A DNA stretch of 64,000 bases, taken from contig NZ_DASUNI010000344.1 in assembly GCF_036277215.1 (NCBI RefSeq), positions 2,031 through 66,030 on the forward strand, in the 5' to 3' direction. This document shows positions 10,361 through 21,505 of the stretch, in pieces. Every line of letters begins with the position of its first letter. Position 1 is the stretch's first letter. Under the pieces are notes generated by a model, which was given only the letters and a program-made list of their open reading frames with translations, ran no database searches and was not told where the DNA came from. The DNA is from Microbacterium sp. GTDB taxonomy: Bacteria; Actinomycetota; Actinomycetes; Actinomycetales; Microbacteriaceae. Made by a program: the position numbers and the translations under genes.

Positions 10361-11407
10361 ATGCCTGAGACCTTCCGCGTCGCGCTGACGCGCGACTTCC
10401 GCTCCGACGACGGGACGATCGGCTGGGGAGACATCGGCATGGCCGAGCTCGAAGCGGAGCCGGACGTGGTGTGGGAGTACCTCGACGTCGACGAGACACC
10501 CCTCTCGCCGGGCGCCCTCGCGGGCTACGACGGCGTGATGGTGCTCGGCAACGCGCTGGACGCGCGGTCGCTCGAAGGTGCCGAACGGCTGAAGGTGGTC
10601 GCCCGGTTCGGGGTGGGCTACGACACGATCGACCTCGACGCGTGCACGACAGCCGGCATCCCGGTCACCATCACACCCGACGGCACACGCGGACCGATGG
10701 CTCTCGCGGCCGTCACGCTGCTGCTGGCCGTCGCACACAACGTGCGCCAGAAGGATCGCATCGTCCGCGAGCGCCGCGACTGGTCGGAGCGCTACGAGTA
10801 CAACGGCTTGGGGCTGCCGGGCAAGACGCTGGGCATCATCGGGTTCGGCAACATCGGCCGCGAGGTCAGCCGCCTGCTCGCACCGCTGGGCATGCGCGTC
10901 CTGGCGTTCGACCCCTACCTGGATGCCGCGAAGGCGACCGAGCTGGGGGCCGAGCTGGTCTCGATCGAAGAGCTCATGGCCTCCTCCGACGCGATCGTCG
11001 TGACGGCCGCGCTCACACCCGAGACCCGGCACATCGTGAACGCGGAACGACTCGCACTCATGAAGCACAACGCCGTGATCGTCAACGTCGCGCGCGGGCC
11101 TCTCATCGATCAGAATGCCCTCGCCGAGGTGCTCGCCGCCGGCCGCATCCGCGGGGCGGGCCTCGATGTTCTCGAGAAGGAGCCCGCCGACGACGACGAT
11201 CCGCTGCTGGACTGCGACAACGTCCTGCTCTCGCCGCACGCGACGGGCTGGACCGACCAGCTCGCGTACGGCAACGGCTCGGGATGCGTGCGGTCCCTCC
11301 TCGAGGTCAAGCGCGGCTTCCGTCCGTCGCACGTCGTGGTCAACCCCGCCTCGCTCGAGCACGAGCGATGGGCAGGGGTTCCCGACGCCCCGAAGACCGT
11401 GTCGTGA
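10361..11407 (+). CDS. D-isomer-specific 2-hydroxyacid dehydrogenase (NAD-binding)
   Basis: GKTLGIIGFGNIGREV Rossmann motif, plus VNVARGPLID and LDVLEKEP signatures. Confidence 0.85.
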   Translation: MPETFRVALTRDFRSDDGTIGWGDIGMAELEAEPDVVWEYLDVDETPLSPGALAGYDGVMVLGNALDARSLEGAERLKVVARFGVGYDTIDLDACTTAGIPVTITPDGTRGPMALAAVTLLLAVAHNVRQKDRIVRERRDWSERYEYNGLGLPGKTLGIIGFGNIGREVSRLLAPLGMRVLAFDPYLDAAKATELGAELVSIEELMASSDAIVVTAALTPETRHIVNAERLALMKHNAVIVNVARGPLIDQNALAEVLAAGRIRGAGLDVLEKEPADDDDPLLDCDNVLLSPHATGWTDQLAYGNGSGCVRSLLEVKRGFRPSHVVVNPASLEHERWAGVPDAPKTVS

Positions 11408-12186
11408 TGGTGCGCCGCAGAAGCCTCCGCGCCCGCGTGCTGGGCGGCGAGACGGTCGTGGGCACGTTCCTGCTCGCCTTCCCCGCCGTCGCCGTCGCGC
11501 GCGCGGCGGCCGGTGCCGGTGCCGACTTCGTGCTGATCGACGGCGAGCACACCGGCTTCGGCTGGGAGACCATGACGCCGGTCCTGACCGCGACCCGCGC
11601 CGGAGGCTCGACGCCGTTCGTGCGCGTGCCCTCGGCATCCCGCGAGAACATCGCCCTGGCCCTGGACATGGGGGCCGTCGGGCTGATGATCCCGATGGTG
11701 GGCACTGCCGACGAGGCCGCGGCGATCGCGTCGTGGGCGCACTACCCGCCGCAGGGCATCCGCGGCACGATGTTCGGCCTGGCCGCTCACGACTTCGGCG
11801 AGGTCGAGCCGGTCGCGGCGATGAAGAAATCGAACGCCGAGACGATCGTGATGGTGCAGATCGAGACAGCCGAGGCACTCGAGAACGTCGAGGAGATCGC
11901 GGCGGTGCCGGGCGTGGACATCCTGTGGGTCGGTCACTTCGACCTCACCACGAGCATGGGCATCCCCACGCAGTTCGACCACCCGCTCTACCTCGCGGCG
12001 CTGGAGCGCATCGTGACCGCCGGCAAGGCGAACGGCAAGCCGGTGGGGTTCCTCACGAGCGGCCCGGACGACGCGCGCTCGCTCGTCGAGCGGGGCTTCA
12101 CGGTGCTCGCCTACGGAAGCGACCTCGGGATCTACCGCCAGGCCCTGCGTTCCGGACTCGAGGGCATCGCCGAAGCCCTCGGCTGA
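11407..12186 (+). CDS. HpcH/HpaI family class II pyruvate aldolase
   Basis: DFVLIDGEHTG, MIPMVGTADEA and VQIETAEALENV motifs. The ATG overlaps the upstream TGA. Confidence 0.85.
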   Translation: MVRRRSLRARVLGGETVVGTFLLAFPAVAVARAAAGAGADFVLIDGEHTGFGWETMTPVLTATRAGGSTPFVRVPSASRENIALALDMGAVGLMIPMVGTADEAAAIASWAHYPPQGIRGTMFGLAAHDFGEVEPVAAMKKSNAETIVMVQIETAEALENVEEIAAVPGVDILWVGHFDLTTSMGIPTQFDHPLYLAALERIVTAGKANGKPVGFLTSGPDDARSLVERGFTVLAYGSDLGIYRQALRSGLEGIAEALG

Positions 12187-12195
12187 ACCGCGGGC

Positions 12196-12984
12196 TCAGC
12201 CCTCCACGACACGCGCCCGCAGGCGCTGCACCACGTCGTCGTCGAGTCCCGCTTCGCGCAGCACCACGGCCGCGCCACCGCGCTCCTCGTCGAGGATCGC
12301 GAGCATCTCGACCATGGCGTCGTGCTCGGCGCCCAGCAGCGGGCTGACCGGTCCGCGACCCTCGGCCGCGGCGCGGAAGAACGCATCCGACTCCCCCATG
12401 AGGTGGCCGATGGAGGCGCTCACCCGCGCCATGATGCGGGGCACCGCCGTCGACGAGAGCGCATAGTCCGTCGCGATGTCCTCCTCGTCGGCGCCCAGCA
12501 CCGACAGCAGGGCGGCCGCGAAGATGCCGGTGCGGTCCTTGCCCGCGGCGCAGTGGAAAAGCACCCCGCCCGGGGCGTCTGCGATCGCGCGGATGCCCTC
12601 GGCCAGCGTGTCCGCCTCGGCCACGAGCGTCGCCGCGTAGTACTCCCCCACTGTCCTGGGCGTGGCCGAGTCCTCACGCAGGTGCTGCAGGAACTCGTCG
12701 GGTTCCGCACCGCCGCGCAGCAGCGACATCCGTCGGTAGGTCACGTCGTACCGGCCCAGCGGGCCGCGTCCGGTGTGTTCGGCCTCGGCGGGCGAGCGCA
12801 GATCGATGATGGTGCGGATGCCGCGGTCGAACAGCTCGCGCGCCTGCTCGTCGGGCACCGTGGACACGTCGTCGCTGCGGAAGAGGTGTCCCGGCGCGAT
12901 CACGCCGCCCTCGACGGCGATGCCGCCGAGATCCCGGAGGTTGTTCAGCGGGGTCTCTTCGATCGGTCGAGCCGGAGCGCTCAT
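12196..12984 (-). CDS. Tyrosine/dual-specificity phosphatase-like protein (CX5R active-site loop)
   Basis: HCAAGKDRTG P-loop and NLRDLGG N-terminal motif. Only the last 262 codons of the 565-aa track ORF are used. ATGA overlap with the upstream oxidoreductase. Confidence 0.75.
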   Translation of the reverse strand: MSAPARPIEETPLNNLRDLGGIAVEGGVIAPGHLFRSDDVSTVPDEQARELFDRGIRTIIDLRSPAEAEHTGRGPLGRYDVTYRRMSLLRGGAEPDEFLQHLREDSATPRTVGEYYAATLVAEADTLAEGIRAIADAPGGVLFHCAAGKDRTGIFAAALLSVLGADEEDIATDYALSSTAVPRIMARVSASIGHLMGESDAFFRAAAEGRGPVSPLLGAEHDAMVEMLAILDEERGGAAVVLREAGLDDDVVQRLRARVVEG

Positions 12985-14135
12985 GCGGGGGTCCTCTCGG
13001 GGGTGCGACGCCCGGGAGAGGCGGCGATGCGCGCGTCCAGGAACGCGTCGAATTCGGCGGGGTCGAGGGGCAGCGACACGGTGGCCCGTCTGGTCGACGA
13101 GAGCGCGGCGGCGGCGATGACCTCGACCGCATCGCGCGCCGCGCGCGCGGTGGTCAGCGGTTCGCCGTCCTCGGCCCACGCCGTCGCGAAGTCCGAGTAG
13201 ACCTCGGCGTGCGTGCCGCCCCCGTGGGGCACGGCGCGGCGCCAGTCCGATACCTCGTAGGCATCGAAGTGCCCGCCCGCCGTGGCCGCGAAGTCCCGGA
13301 AGTCCCCATGGCCCGAGCGGATGTCGAGGCCGTCCTGAGACAGCCGAAGCGAGCCTCCGGAGCCGAAGATCTCGGTGCGGTTCCCGTCGAGTCGCGCGGC
13401 GCTGGTGATGTGCACGGTCGCCGTGGCGCCGCCCGTCCATTCGAGCAGGACGTCGGCGGTGTCTTCGGTCTCGATCGGCTGCACGAGCGTGCGAAGGTTC
13501 GCGGTGACGGCATCCGGTCGCCCGAGGAGGTGGACGAGCACGTCGATGTCGTGCAGACCCTGGTTGAGCAGCACTCCTCCGCCCTCGCCCTGCCAGGTGC
13601 CGCGCCACGGCGTGTCCACGTAGTAGCTCGCGCGTTTGGGATAGCTGGCGGTCACGACGGCACGGTGGACGGCACCCAACTCCCCGGCCGCGATCCGGCG
13701 GCGTGCTTGCACCACCTCGGCGCGCAGGCGGTGCTGCTGCACGACGGCCACCTGCCGACCGGAGGCCTCGACGGCGGCGGTGAGCGCATCGATTTCGCTG
13801 AGGCGTGCGGCGAGGGGCTTCTCGACGAGCACCCAGAGCTGCGCGTCCAGGCAGCGCTGGACGAGCTCCGCGTGCAGGGGATGCGGTGCGCACACGACCG
13901 CGGCATCCGCATCGAGTGCGAGCAGTTCGTCGAGGGTGTCGGCGACCTTCCAGCCGTGCTCGGCGGCGACCTCGGCCGCGCGGGACGGTTCTGCGTCGAA
14001 GACCCCCACCACCTGGACGCCGGTGGCCAGGATCGCGGGGACGTGCGCCGCCTGGAAGATGTGCGATCCGGCCGCGATCACCACGACCCGCAGGCCTGCT
14101 GGATCGGACGGCGCGGGGTCTGCGCCGGCGGTCAC
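12981..14135 (-). CDS. Gfo/Idh/MocA family NAD(P)-dependent oxidoreductase
   Basis: LRVVVIAAGSHIF Rossmann start and the VLVEKPLA motif. The GTG at 14135 overlaps the ABC ATPase stop (GTGA). Confidence 0.8.
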   Translation of the reverse strand: MTAGADPAPSDPAGLRVVVIAAGSHIFQAAHVPAILATGVQVVGVFDAEPSRAAEVAAEHGWKVADTLDELLALDADAAVVCAPHPLHAELVQRCLDAQLWVLVEKPLAARLSEIDALTAAVEASGRQVAVVQQHRLRAEVVQARRRIAAGELGAVHRAVVTASYPKRASYYVDTPWRGTWQGEGGGVLLNQGLHDIDVLVHLLGRPDAVTANLRTLVQPIETEDTADVLLEWTGGATATVHITSAARLDGNRTEIFGSGGSLRLSQDGLDIRSGHGDFRDFAATAGGHFDAYEVSDWRRAVPHGGGTHAEVYSDFATAWAEDGEPLTTARAARDAVEVIAAAALSSTRRATVSLPLDPAEFDAFLDARIAASPGRRTPERTPA

Positions 14136-15084
14136 GGCACGGTCTCGCCGTCGGTCACGATCTCGCCGAGCGCCGCGAAGTGGCCCGGACCGACCTCGAC
14201 GAGCGCGCGGTCGACCGTGCGCCATGAGTCGTCGCCGTCGTCGACGCCCGCTTCGAACGCGCGCTCGCTCTCGTGGATGACCGGCACGGCGTCAAGCAGG
14301 CGCCTGGTGTACGGGTGCGATGGGCTGCGGTAGACCGCGTCCGCGTCCCCGATCTCGACGATCCGCCCGCGGTACATCACGGCGATGCGGTCGGCCATGA
14401 CCTTCACGACCGCGAGATCGTGCGAGACGAAGACGAGCGACAGCTCGTTGCGTTCCCGGATGTCGTGGAGCACGTTGAGGACACGCGCCTGGACGGAGAC
14501 GTCGAGCGAGGCCACAGGCTCGTCGCACACGATCACGTCCGGCCCGAGCGCGAGTGCACGGGCGATGGAGATGCGCTGGCACTGGCCGCCGGAGAACTCG
14601 TGCGGCCGGCGGTTGCCGACCATCTGCACGCTCATGCCGACCTGCTCGAGGGCGGCAGCGACCCGCTCGTCGCGCTCGGCACGCGGGACGCCCTGGATCT
14701 CGAGTCCCTCGCCGACGATGTCGATCACCCTCCGGCGCGGATTGAACGCCGACATCGGGTCCTGGAAGATCATCTGGAGCCGGCGGCGCGCGGCGCGCAT
14801 CTCGCTGCTCGAGTATGCCGACATGTCCTCGCCGCGGAACGTCACCGTCCCCGCCTGCCCCGGTGGCAGCCGCAGGATCGCGCGTCCTGTCGTGGTCTTG
14901 CCGCATCCGGACTCGCCCACCAGCCCGAGGGTTTCGCCGGGTCTCAGGTCGAAGGTCACGCCGCGCACGGCATGGACGCGACCCGACGCGGTCTTGAACG
15001 AGCAGTGCAGGTCCTGGACGGTCAGAAGGGCATCGTCGCGCAGCCAGCCCGATCTGCTCAGCGTGCCGGTCCTCGTGTCGTCGC

Positions 15085-15088
<4 letters not shown>
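14132..15088 (-). CDS. ABC transporter ATP-binding protein (DppF/OppF-like)
   Basis: Walker A GESGCGKTT, signature FSGGQCQR, Walker B VIVCDEP. ATGA overlap upstream. Confidence 0.9.
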
Positions 15089-16253
<1,165 letters not shown>

Positions 16254-16257
<4 letters not shown>

Positions 16258-17204
16258 AGCTTGCCCTCCCGGACGTCGGTGCGGCTGGACAGATAGTCGC
16301 CCACCGTGTTGAACGACAGCACAGTGAGGAACAGCGTCACCACCGGCCAGAAGATCACCAGCGGGAACTGCCGCATGATGTCGGCGCCGGCGGCGATCAT
16401 GCCGCCCCAGCTGGGCGTCGGCGCCGGGATGCCGTACCCGAGGAAGCTCAGTGACCCCTCGACGACGATCATGATGGCCATCGCCATGGGGATGATGGCG
16501 GCCAGGACCGGGACCAGGTTGGGGAGGATCTCCTTGATCATGATGCGCAGGTCCCCGGCGCCGAGGGCGCGCGCGGCGAGCACGTACTCCCGGTTCGCAC
16601 TCGCGATCACCGCCCCCTTCGTGACGCGGATGTACAGGTCGGCGATCACGACCCCGAGGGCGATGGTGATGCCGAACAGGGACGCGCCGATCGCCGATAC
16701 CAGCGCGAGCAGCAGCAGCAGCGGCGGCAGGGCGGACAGCGTGTTCGCCAGGATGTTCGCGACCGTCTCGGCGCCACGTCGGTAGTAGCCGCCGATCATC
16801 CCGACGATCACGCCGATCGTGAGTCCGATCAGCGTCGAGACCACCGCGATGGTCAGCGAGACCCGGGCGCCGTAGATGATGCGGGAGAGATTGCTGCGCC
16901 CCACGCCGTCGGTGCCGAGCAGGCCGCCGATCGTGCCGTCCGGCGGCTGCGCGAAGGTGCCGATCTTCTCGTCGTATCCCGGCAGTCCCGGGATGAAGTC
17001 GGCGAACACCGCGGCGAGGATCAGCAGGGCGAGCCAGATCACGGCGAACCACAGCATCCCTCGCCCGACCTTGCGGCGGCGGCGGGGCTTCAGCCGTGGA
17101 ATGAGCGCCATCGAGGTGCCGTCGCGGCGCGGCCGGATGATCGCGTTGAGGCCTTGCGTGCGGGGTCCGTCGGTCGGCGACCCCGGTGTCAGCTGGGTTG
17201 TCAT
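16254..17204 (-). CDS. ABC transporter permease (DppC/OppC-like)
   Basis: Multi-TM protein with an EAA-like loop (ARALGAGDLRIMIKEILPN). ATGA overlap upstream. The N-terminal part of the 470-aa track ORF is rejected. Confidence 0.85.
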
Positions 17205-18154
17205 CGCACGCTCACTCTCGGATCGATCCACGCATAGGCGAGGTCTACGACGATGAAGATGAGCACGTACGCCACGACGCAGATCGTGACGATCGCCTGG
17301 ATCACCGGCATGTCTTTGATGGAGACGGCATTCACGGCCTCCGCGCCGAGGCCGGGGACGGAGAAGAAGAACTCGACGATCACGGCGCCGCCGAGAAGTC
17401 GCCCCAGGGCCAGGCCCATGACCGTGACCAGTGAGGTCAGCGACGGCCGCATCGCGTGACGGGCCAGGATGTACGAGCGGGGCAGGCCCTTGGCCCGGGC
17501 GACCAGGATGTAGTCCTCCCGCAGCGTGCCGGTGAGGTCGGATCGGATCACGCGGTAGAAGAAGGCGCCCTCGTAGATGCTCAGCGCGAGAGCCGGCAGG
17601 AACGCGTACCGGAGGTTGTCGGCCAACGACTCGGAGGGCGGGACCCAGCCGGTCGCGGGGAACCATTTCAGCCAGACCACGAAGATCAGCGAGACGATCA
17701 CGACGTTCACGAACGACGGGATGCTCAGCAGGGCGGAGGTGATGAAGTTGAGGGTCCGATCCAGGAGCTTGCCCGACCGCAGCGCGGCCAGCATGGCGAA
17801 CGGTACGGCGACGATCAGGGCGAAGAACAGCGCCATCAGAGCGATCTGCGCGGTGACCACCAGCCGGCGCATCACCACGTCGGTGACCGGCTCCTGCGTG
17901 AACAGCGTGGTCCCGAAGTCACCGCGCAGGGCGTTGCCCGCCCATTCCAGATAGCGCACCATGAACGGCTGGTCGTAGCCCAGCTGCGCGTTGATCGCGT
18001 CGACCTGCTCCTGGGTGGCGGCGTCGCCGAGGATCGCCTGACCCGGCGATCCGGGCATCAGATCCATCAGCGCGGCCGCGCCGAGCGTCACGATGATCAG
18101 CACGGGGATGCCGTACAGCAGGCGCGAGCCGATCGCCCGCAGAGTGCTTTTCAT
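17201..18154 (-). CDS. ABC transporter permease (DppB/OppB-like)
   Basis: Typical N-terminus RLLYGIPVLIIVTL..., an ARAKGLP EAA loop, and C-terminal DPRV. Confidence 0.9.
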   Translation of the reverse strand: MKSTLRAIGSRLLYGIPVLIIVTLGAAALMDLMPGSPGQAILGDAATQEQVDAINAQLGYDQPFMVRYLEWAGNALRGDFGTTLFTQEPVTDVVMRRLVVTAQIALMALFFALIVAVPFAMLAALRSGKLLDRTLNFITSALLSIPSFVNVVIVSLIFVVWLKWFPATGWVPPSESLADNLRYAFLPALALSIYEGAFFYRVIRSDLTGTLREDYILVARAKGLPRSYILARHAMRPSLTSLVTVMGLALGRLLGGAVIVEFFFSVPGLGAEAVNAVSIKDMPVIQAIVTICVVAYVLIFIVVDLAYAWIDPRVSVR

Positions 18155-18239
18155 GTGCTTCTCCGTCGAAGTGAGGGGGGTGGAGGACCGGTGCCGTGCC
18201 CACCGCAGCGAGCGCCGGCACCGGTCCCTTCGACTTCTG

Positions 18240-19832
18240 CTACTCGGCCTCGTACCCGATCCGGTCGGTGTACAGCGCACCGCGGCCCATGGACTGCAGC
18301 CCGACCACGTCGGCGCCGTGCAGGAACGAGCGGTAGTCGATGCCGAAGACCACGATGGGCACCTGGTCCACGTAGACCTCCTGCACCTTCTGCAGCGCCG
18401 CGATCCGGTCCTCGTCGGTCGTGGCCTCCTGCGCGTCGCTGATCGCCGATGTCATGTCAGCGTCGTCGAAGTTCGCGAAGTTGTCGAGACCACCCACGCC
18501 GAACAGGTTGCCGAAGCCGACCTGCGGGCTGTTGAGGTCGAACACGCCGGGATAGAAGGTGACGTCGAAGTCGTCCTTGTCGTATGCGGCGGCGCGCCAC
18601 TCCGGGATCGGGATCTGCGTGAGGTTGACCGTCACGCCGTCGAGCTCCTGCAGCGTCAGCTGGAACAGCTCACCGGCACGGACGAGCTCCGGCACGCCCG
18701 CGATGAGCAGGTCGATCGTGAAATCGGTGCCTTCGCCGGTGATCTCGTCGACCAGCGCCTGAGCGTCCTCCACGTTCTGCTCGGGCAGTGCCAGGTCGGC
18801 GTCGTAGTAGGGCGAGGTGTCGGGGAACAGCGCGGTGCTGCCCTCGGCCGCCGGGTCCTGCGTCAGCGTCTGCACGAGCTCGGTCGGGTTCACAGCCAGC
18901 TGCACGGCCTGACGGGCGCGCACGTCGCTGAACAGGTCGGAGGTCGTGTTGAAGACGAAGTGGCGGATTCCTCCGGATGCGACCGGGAACACTCCGACCG
19001 ACGGGTTGTCGGCATCGGCGATCCACTGGAACGGGTAGCCGTTCATGATCTGCGCATCGCCCTGGACGACCGAGGTCACGCGCTGAGCGGGGTCGGCGAC
19101 CAGCTGGAAGGTCAGCGTGTCGAGATACGGCTTGCCCTCGTCCCAGTAGTCCGGGTTCTTGGCGAAGGTCTCGCCGACCGCGGGGTCCCACTGCTCGAGT
19201 GTGAACGGGCCCGCGCCGATGGGTTCGGTCAGCGGCGTACCCGCCGCCGGGAAGGACGCCGGCGAGCCGATGAAGGCGATCGAGTCGGCGATCTGGATGT
19301 CGAGCACCGGGTTCGTCTCGTTCGAGGCGATCTCCAGCGTGGTCTCGTCCACGACGGTCGTCGCGAAGGTCGAGGCGACGCGGACGGCGCCCAGGTTGTT
19401 GGCCGGATCGGCGAAGCGATCCCAGTTGTCCTTGACCGCCTGCGCGTCCAGCGCCTCGCCGTCGGTGAAGGTCAGACCCTCCCGCAGCGTCAGCGTCCAG
19501 GTGTCGCCGCCGTCCTCCGTGGTCAGGCTCTCGGCGAGGCCGGGTTCGATCTCACCGTCGGTGTTCACGGTGAGGAGCGCACCGTAGACCGCGTACAGAC
19601 GGTCCCACTGCACGCCCGGGAAACTGCCGGTGGACGAGCCGGGATCCCATGTGCTCATCGCTCCCGCGACGAGGATCGTGAGCTCGCCGCCCTCGGCAGG
19701 GGTCTCTGCACTCGGAACGGTGGCGCTGGGTGATGCGGTGCCCCCGCCGCCGTCGCCGCTGCAGGCCGACAGCGTGAGCGCTGCGGCTGCGGCGACCGCG
19801 AGAGCGGAGAGCCGGAATCGGGACATCTTCAT
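18240..19832 (-). CDS. ABC transporter substrate-binding lipoprotein, family 5 (peptide/opine/oligosaccharide type)
   Basis: Signal peptide plus lipobox (LTLSACSG). Family-5 SBP architecture. Start placed at MKMSRF, residue 165 of the track ORF. Confidence 0.9.
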   Translation of the reverse strand: MKMSRFRLSALAVAAAAALTLSACSGDGGGGTASPSATVPSAETPAEGGELTILVAGAMSTWDPGSSTGSFPGVQWDRLYAVYGALLTVNTDGEIEPGLAESLTTEDGGDTWTLTLREGLTFTDGEALDAQAVKDNWDRFADPANNLGAVRVASTFATTVVDETTLEIASNETNPVLDIQIADSIAFIGSPASFPAAGTPLTEPIGAGPFTLEQWDPAVGETFAKNPDYWDEGKPYLDTLTFQLVADPAQRVTSVVQGDAQIMNGYPFQWIADADNPSVGVFPVASGGIRHFVFNTTSDLFSDVRARQAVQLAVNPTELVQTLTQDPAAEGSTALFPDTSPYYDADLALPEQNVEDAQALVDEITGEGTDFTIDLLIAGVPELVRAGELFQLTLQELDGVTVNLTQIPIPEWRAAAYDKDDFDVTFYPGVFDLNSPQVGFGNLFGVGGLDNFANFDDADMTSAISDAQEATTDEDRIAALQKVQEVYVDQVPIVVFGIDYRSFLHGADVVGLQSMGRGALYTDRIGYEAE

Positions 19833-19926
19833 TGACGTGCTCACTTTCGTGTGGGTGACGCGGGCTCCGCGTCGTCGGTGCAGGGTGTGAAGTTGTGATC
19901 GGGAACGGGATGCTGCGCGCTGCGTC

Positions 19927-20640
19927 TCAGCGGGTCTCGACGGGGTCGCCGTGTACGGTGCGCCAGAGGTGTCCGTCGCGCCCCTCGCCCTCGAGCTGTG
20001 TGGCGAAGCCGATGCCCTCGAAGGTCTCTGACGGATCCACCACGCCGTGCTCCTCGCCCATACCTGCGGCGAGGATCGCGCCGGGCCGGACCTCGATGTC
20101 CTCACCGCGGTACTTGAGGGTGAAGTGGCCGCGGAAGACGAACCAGTACTCGTCGCCGTCGTGGTAGTGGTAGTCGCAGGGCCGCCCCGGGCCGAACGTG
20201 AAGATCGCGGTGCGGATGGCCTCGCTCCAATGGCCGGCGACGCGCGCGATCTCGACCTGTCCCCGGTGCCCCTCGGGGCCGGGATTGAGGTTGTTGCGCA
20301 CCACCGCGCCGCTGGGCGGGACATCGACCCACTGCATCTTCTTGAGGGTCACGCGGCCCCACTCGGATTCGACGACGGCCTCGCCGGCGACCACGATGAG
20401 CCGCTCTTTGGGGGTGGTGGGCACCACGCGCCGCGCGACCGGGATGTTGTGCGTGGTGTGCAGGCTCGCCTCGGGGTCGGAGACCGGATCGGGCCATTCG
20501 CTCGGTACGGGCTCCTCGCCTTCGGCGACGCGGTCCGCGTTTCCGAGTGTGAAGAACTCCACGTCGTCGATGTCGACCCATGCTTCGCTTGCGGGACGGT
20601 TCTTCAGCTCTTCGCGAGTGGCGTACAGCGGCACCGGCAT
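19927..20640 (-). CDS. Metal-binding cupin domain protein (paralog A)
   Basis: Canonical cupin motif 1 in CDYHYHDGDEYWFVFRG (HxHx3Ex6G). Start at MPVPLY aligns with the paralog at 24595. The upstream ATG at 20691 lies inside the predicted -10. Confidence 0.7.
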   Translation of the reverse strand: MPVPLYATREELKNRPASEAWVDIDDVEFFTLGNADRVAEGEEPVPSEWPDPVSDPEASLHTTHNIPVARRVVPTTPKERLIVVAGEAVVESEWGRVTLKKMQWVDVPPSGAVVRNNLNPGPEGHRGQVEIARVAGHWSEAIRTAIFTFGPGRPCDYHYHDGDEYWFVFRGHFTLKYRGEDIEVRPGAILAAGMGEEHGVVDPSETFEGIGFATQLEGEGRDGHLWRTVHGDPVETR

Positions 20641-20686
20641 CCTCCTCGATGGTCGGGAGTCGGTCGAGTCCGAATCCGTCCATCGG

Positions 20687-20732
20687 AGCATAAGACGGGG
20701 TCGACCATCGCGTCAACCACATTGTCAACAAT
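20687..20732 (-). promoter_or_regulatory. Predicted promoter of the cupin-ABC operon plus TTGTTGACAAT motif (copy B)
   Basis: Minus-strand reading ATTGTTGACAAT-GTGG-TTGACG-18 nt-TATGCT. Motif at 20721-20732, -35 at 20711-20716, -10 at 20687-20692. Confidence 0.5.
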
Positions 20733-20766
20733 CCTGTCCGCACAATGGCTCGGGCGTGGCTACACT

Positions 20767-21477
20767 ATGAGCCGAACGCCGACTCTCGTTCGGCGACGCA
20801 GGGGGGCGCACGTGGACAGCCTGGATCAGACGCAGCTGCTCGCTGACCGGCTGCGCTCCGATCTGGCGCGCGGCGAGTACCACCCGCGCGAGCGGCTCGT
20901 CGAGAGCGAGCTCGTCGCGCGCTACGGGTTCGCCCGCGCAACCGTCCGCAGCGCGCTCGTGCAGCTCGCCACGGAAGGGCTGGTGGAGCGCTCGCCGAAC
21001 CGCGGTGCGAGCGTCCGGAGCCTCTCGATCGACGAGGGCATCGAGCTGGCCGAGGTACGGCGCGAGCTGGAAGCGCTGTGCGCGCGCGACGCCGCCGAGA
21101 AGGCGACGGACGAGGAGCGGGAGCGCATGCGGGCGGGCCTCGACGCGATGAGATTCGCCGCGGAGAGCGGCGACGTGCACAGTTATCGCCAGGCGAGCAT
21201 CGCCTTCCATGAGAGCGTCATCGCGCTCTCCCGCCACGAGGGGGCGCGCCGTCAGCTCGCGTCCATCCGCAATCACAACCTTCAGCGCCATTTTCCCGTC
21301 GCATTCCAGACCGGGGCGTTCTCGGACTCCTCGCACGACCACTTCGAGATCGGCGACGCCATCCTGGCCGGCGACCGAGACCAAGCCTCCACCGCGATGC
21401 GCAACCATCTCGATCGGATCGTCGCGATGCTGCAGGAGTTCCGCCGCTCTCAGTCGCAGCCCCACCCGACGCCGTAG
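20767..21477 (+). CDS. GntR family (FCD subfamily) transcriptional regulator
   Basis: LVESELVARYGFARATVRSALVQLATEGLVERSPNRGASV wHTH plus an FCD-like C-terminal domain. Internal ATG of the 476-aa track ORF. Confidence 0.85.
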   Translation: MSRTPTLVRRRRGAHVDSLDQTQLLADRLRSDLARGEYHPRERLVESELVARYGFARATVRSALVQLATEGLVERSPNRGASVRSLSIDEGIELAEVRRELEALCARDAAEKATDEERERMRAGLDAMRFAAESGDVHSYRQASIAFHESVIALSRHEGARRQLASIRNHNLQRHFPVAFQTGAFSDSSHDHFEIGDAILAGDRDQASTAMRNHLDRIVAMLQEFRRSQSQPHPTP

Positions 21478-21505
21478 GACTCGCTGATTCCGAAAGCGGA
21501 CAAAG

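Noticed and set aside
8372-11878. 1168-aa minus-strand ORF, the longest in the left half of the track
   Set aside because: It runs antisense to four well-supported plus-strand genes (PrpF-like, VOC dioxygenase, 2-hydroxyacid dehydrogenase, HpcH aldolase). Its product is Arg/Pro/Gly/Ala-rich low complexity with no recognisable motif. This is a typical high-GC antisense artefact.
12181-12201. GGCTGA-N9-TCAGCC inverted repeat containing both stop codons of the convergent HpcH aldolase and phosphatase genes
   Set aside because: A 6-bp stem is too weak to call a terminator. It is probably a by-product of the two facing stop codons.
12985-13893. N-terminal 300 codons of the 565-aa ORF containing the phosphatase
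   Set aside because: This part overlaps the Gfo/Idh/MocA gene in another frame and is Arg-rich. The phosphatase domain begins at the ATG at 12984, which forms an ATGA junction with the upstream gene.
20641-20691. Upstream ATG (20691) as the start of cupin A
   Set aside because: That ATG lies inside the predicted -10 hexamer (TATGCT). The paralog alignment starts at MP... (20640).
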